Shown piece after piece: positions 63,101 to 64,000 of a stretch of DNA of 64,000 bases. The notes under the pieces were generated by a model that saw only the letters and a list, made by a program, of their open reading frames with translations, searched no databases and was not told the origin of the DNA. Within the stretch, counting starts at the first letter, position 1. Each line of letters starts with the position of its first letter. A program made the translations under genes and the position numbers. Source of the DNA: Sedimentisphaerales bacterium (GTDB lineage Bacteria > Planctomycetota > Phycisphaerae > Sedimentisphaerales > Anaerobacaceae); the NCBI GenBank assembly GCA_963708075.1, contig OY970194.1, forward strand, positions 2,368,001-2,432,000, given 5' to 3'.

Positions 63101-64000
63101 GTTCGGCACTTCCACTGTGGCCAACTACATCTACAGCATCTATGCGAGTTATAGCTCGACCTCCGGCACGGCGGCAGCCTACTCAATCGCAGCCGACGAG
63201 ATGCTGGTAGAGATGCCGACTATCGATGACAGTTCTGAAGCTATCATGACGCCAAAGGCTAAGGGCAATATCCCGCAGACCAGGGGTACTTCCAGGGCTG
63301 CAGAACGTGCCCGTACGCCCAAGGCGGAAGAAAGCGTAACCGATGGTCAGGAGCAGATCCCGCCGGCGATTGTCGATGGCGATCTCATGCCCGATCCCGC
63401 TACGACAGCCAACACGATGATGCTTCTACGGGTTCGCGATGCAGGCAAGGGCGTCAATCCTGCCTCCGTGAGTATCGAGGTGGACGGCCATATCGTCTAC
63501 AGCGGTGATGTGGAGGCATCGAACACCAGCTATGGTGTCTGTGTGCGAACCGGGACCAAGGCGGACTACAGGTACCTCTATCAGCCGAAGGAATCCACCG
63601 GCGAGCAGGTCGTCGTGGCGGTCAATGCCCGCGATCTGGCCGGCAATGTGATGCCCGAGCAGACGTACCTGTTCGATACCGCGGCCTCTGTGCCCGCTCC
63701 CACGCAGAGCATTGCTCCGGAGCCGGCTGGCGAGGATCAAAACAGCGTGTCCGATGAGGCCATCCTGGATCAAAGCAATCTCGATCAGCGTAGGCCCGCC
63801 ATCGTACGTGATGGTACCGGCAACACCTGGTCCGCCTGGCAGGCGGGCGATGTCGGACAGCGGCAGATCTACGTCTCTCGCGTATCCGAAGGTGTGGAAA
63901 CGGCCGAGGATACGTTCCAGGTAACCCAAGGCGAAGGCGATCACTGCAATCCCGCCATCGCCGTGGATGGTGCAGGCGTTCTCTATGTCGTCTGGCAGGA
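60145..64000 (+). CDS. Very large secreted multi-domain protein (pectate-lyase-like beta-helix, two InlB-B/Flg_new-like repeats, two tandem beta-sandwich repeats, Ig-like and propeller-like parts); frameshift near 61694; runs off the window end
   Basis: Signal peptide, YYVN...GNDGNSG...PW; after a 1-nt shift the frame reads GSTWPSG...WEIGAYVY...YTLTTSATNG and stays open to 64000. Confidence 0.8.
61794..62216 (+). repeat. Two tandem intragenic repeats (222-nt period), InlB B-repeat-like
   Basis: YTLT.SATNGT.TRTP...VTLQATPNSGY.FTGWSGDLTGTTNPATLVMNSNKSVTANF twice. Confidence 0.85.
62250..63152 (+). repeat. Two tandem intragenic domain repeats (477-nt period)
   Basis: VGTTTV...NRRA..YT...GQLQSISIYHQ...LGVYADSSG.PGSRLG...GWQ...IWLAW...GGMP.TFG...NYIYSIYA.Y twice. 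Confidence 0.85.

Noticed and set aside
61794..63152. Long direct repeats as DGR template/variable repeats or mobile-element ends
   Set aside because: They are in-frame protein domain duplications with many synonymous differences; no reverse transcriptase is present

Overview
GC-rich bacterial chromosomal segment. Gene content (DUF1559 prepilin/H-X9-DG protein, DUF1080, lamin-tail/CotH proteins, C-terminal dockerin-like tag) suggests a Planctomycetota genome, probably Phycisphaerae; this is inference. Most of the window is housekeeping or core genes: coaE, rho, valS, lspA, gpmI, mutL, a BtuFCD-type ABC importer, dksA-like, yacG, pglF/capD, xerC, kdsA, a CYTH protein, leuS, an anti-sigma/STAS pair, Rrf2, MazG-like, lemA-htpX and a cold-shock protein. 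The most striking feature is a co-oriented minus-strand cluster (29.8-40.4 kb) of a secreted CotH kinase/lamin-tail protein, a VTC-type polyphosphate polymerase, a DUF4956 membrane protein, an HlyD-like adaptor, a TolC-like lipoprotein and a secreted lamin-tail-like protein. It contains no ABC or RND pump, so it may be an envelope-spanning polyphosphate synthesis/export system coupled to extracellular phosphorylation. Other points: a glycogen synthase fused to an apparently inactive GH57 domain, a pseudo-GH10, a 106-aa segment at a normally short site in ValS, a 28-aa membrane smORF before lemA, a palindromic 9-mer array, a REP-like element and a very large secreted protein largely missed by the ORF track. 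Four genes carry single-site frameshifts, most likely sequencing or assembly errors. No rRNA, tRNA, CRISPR array or transposase was recognised. All family assignments come from motif recognition by eye, not database searches.
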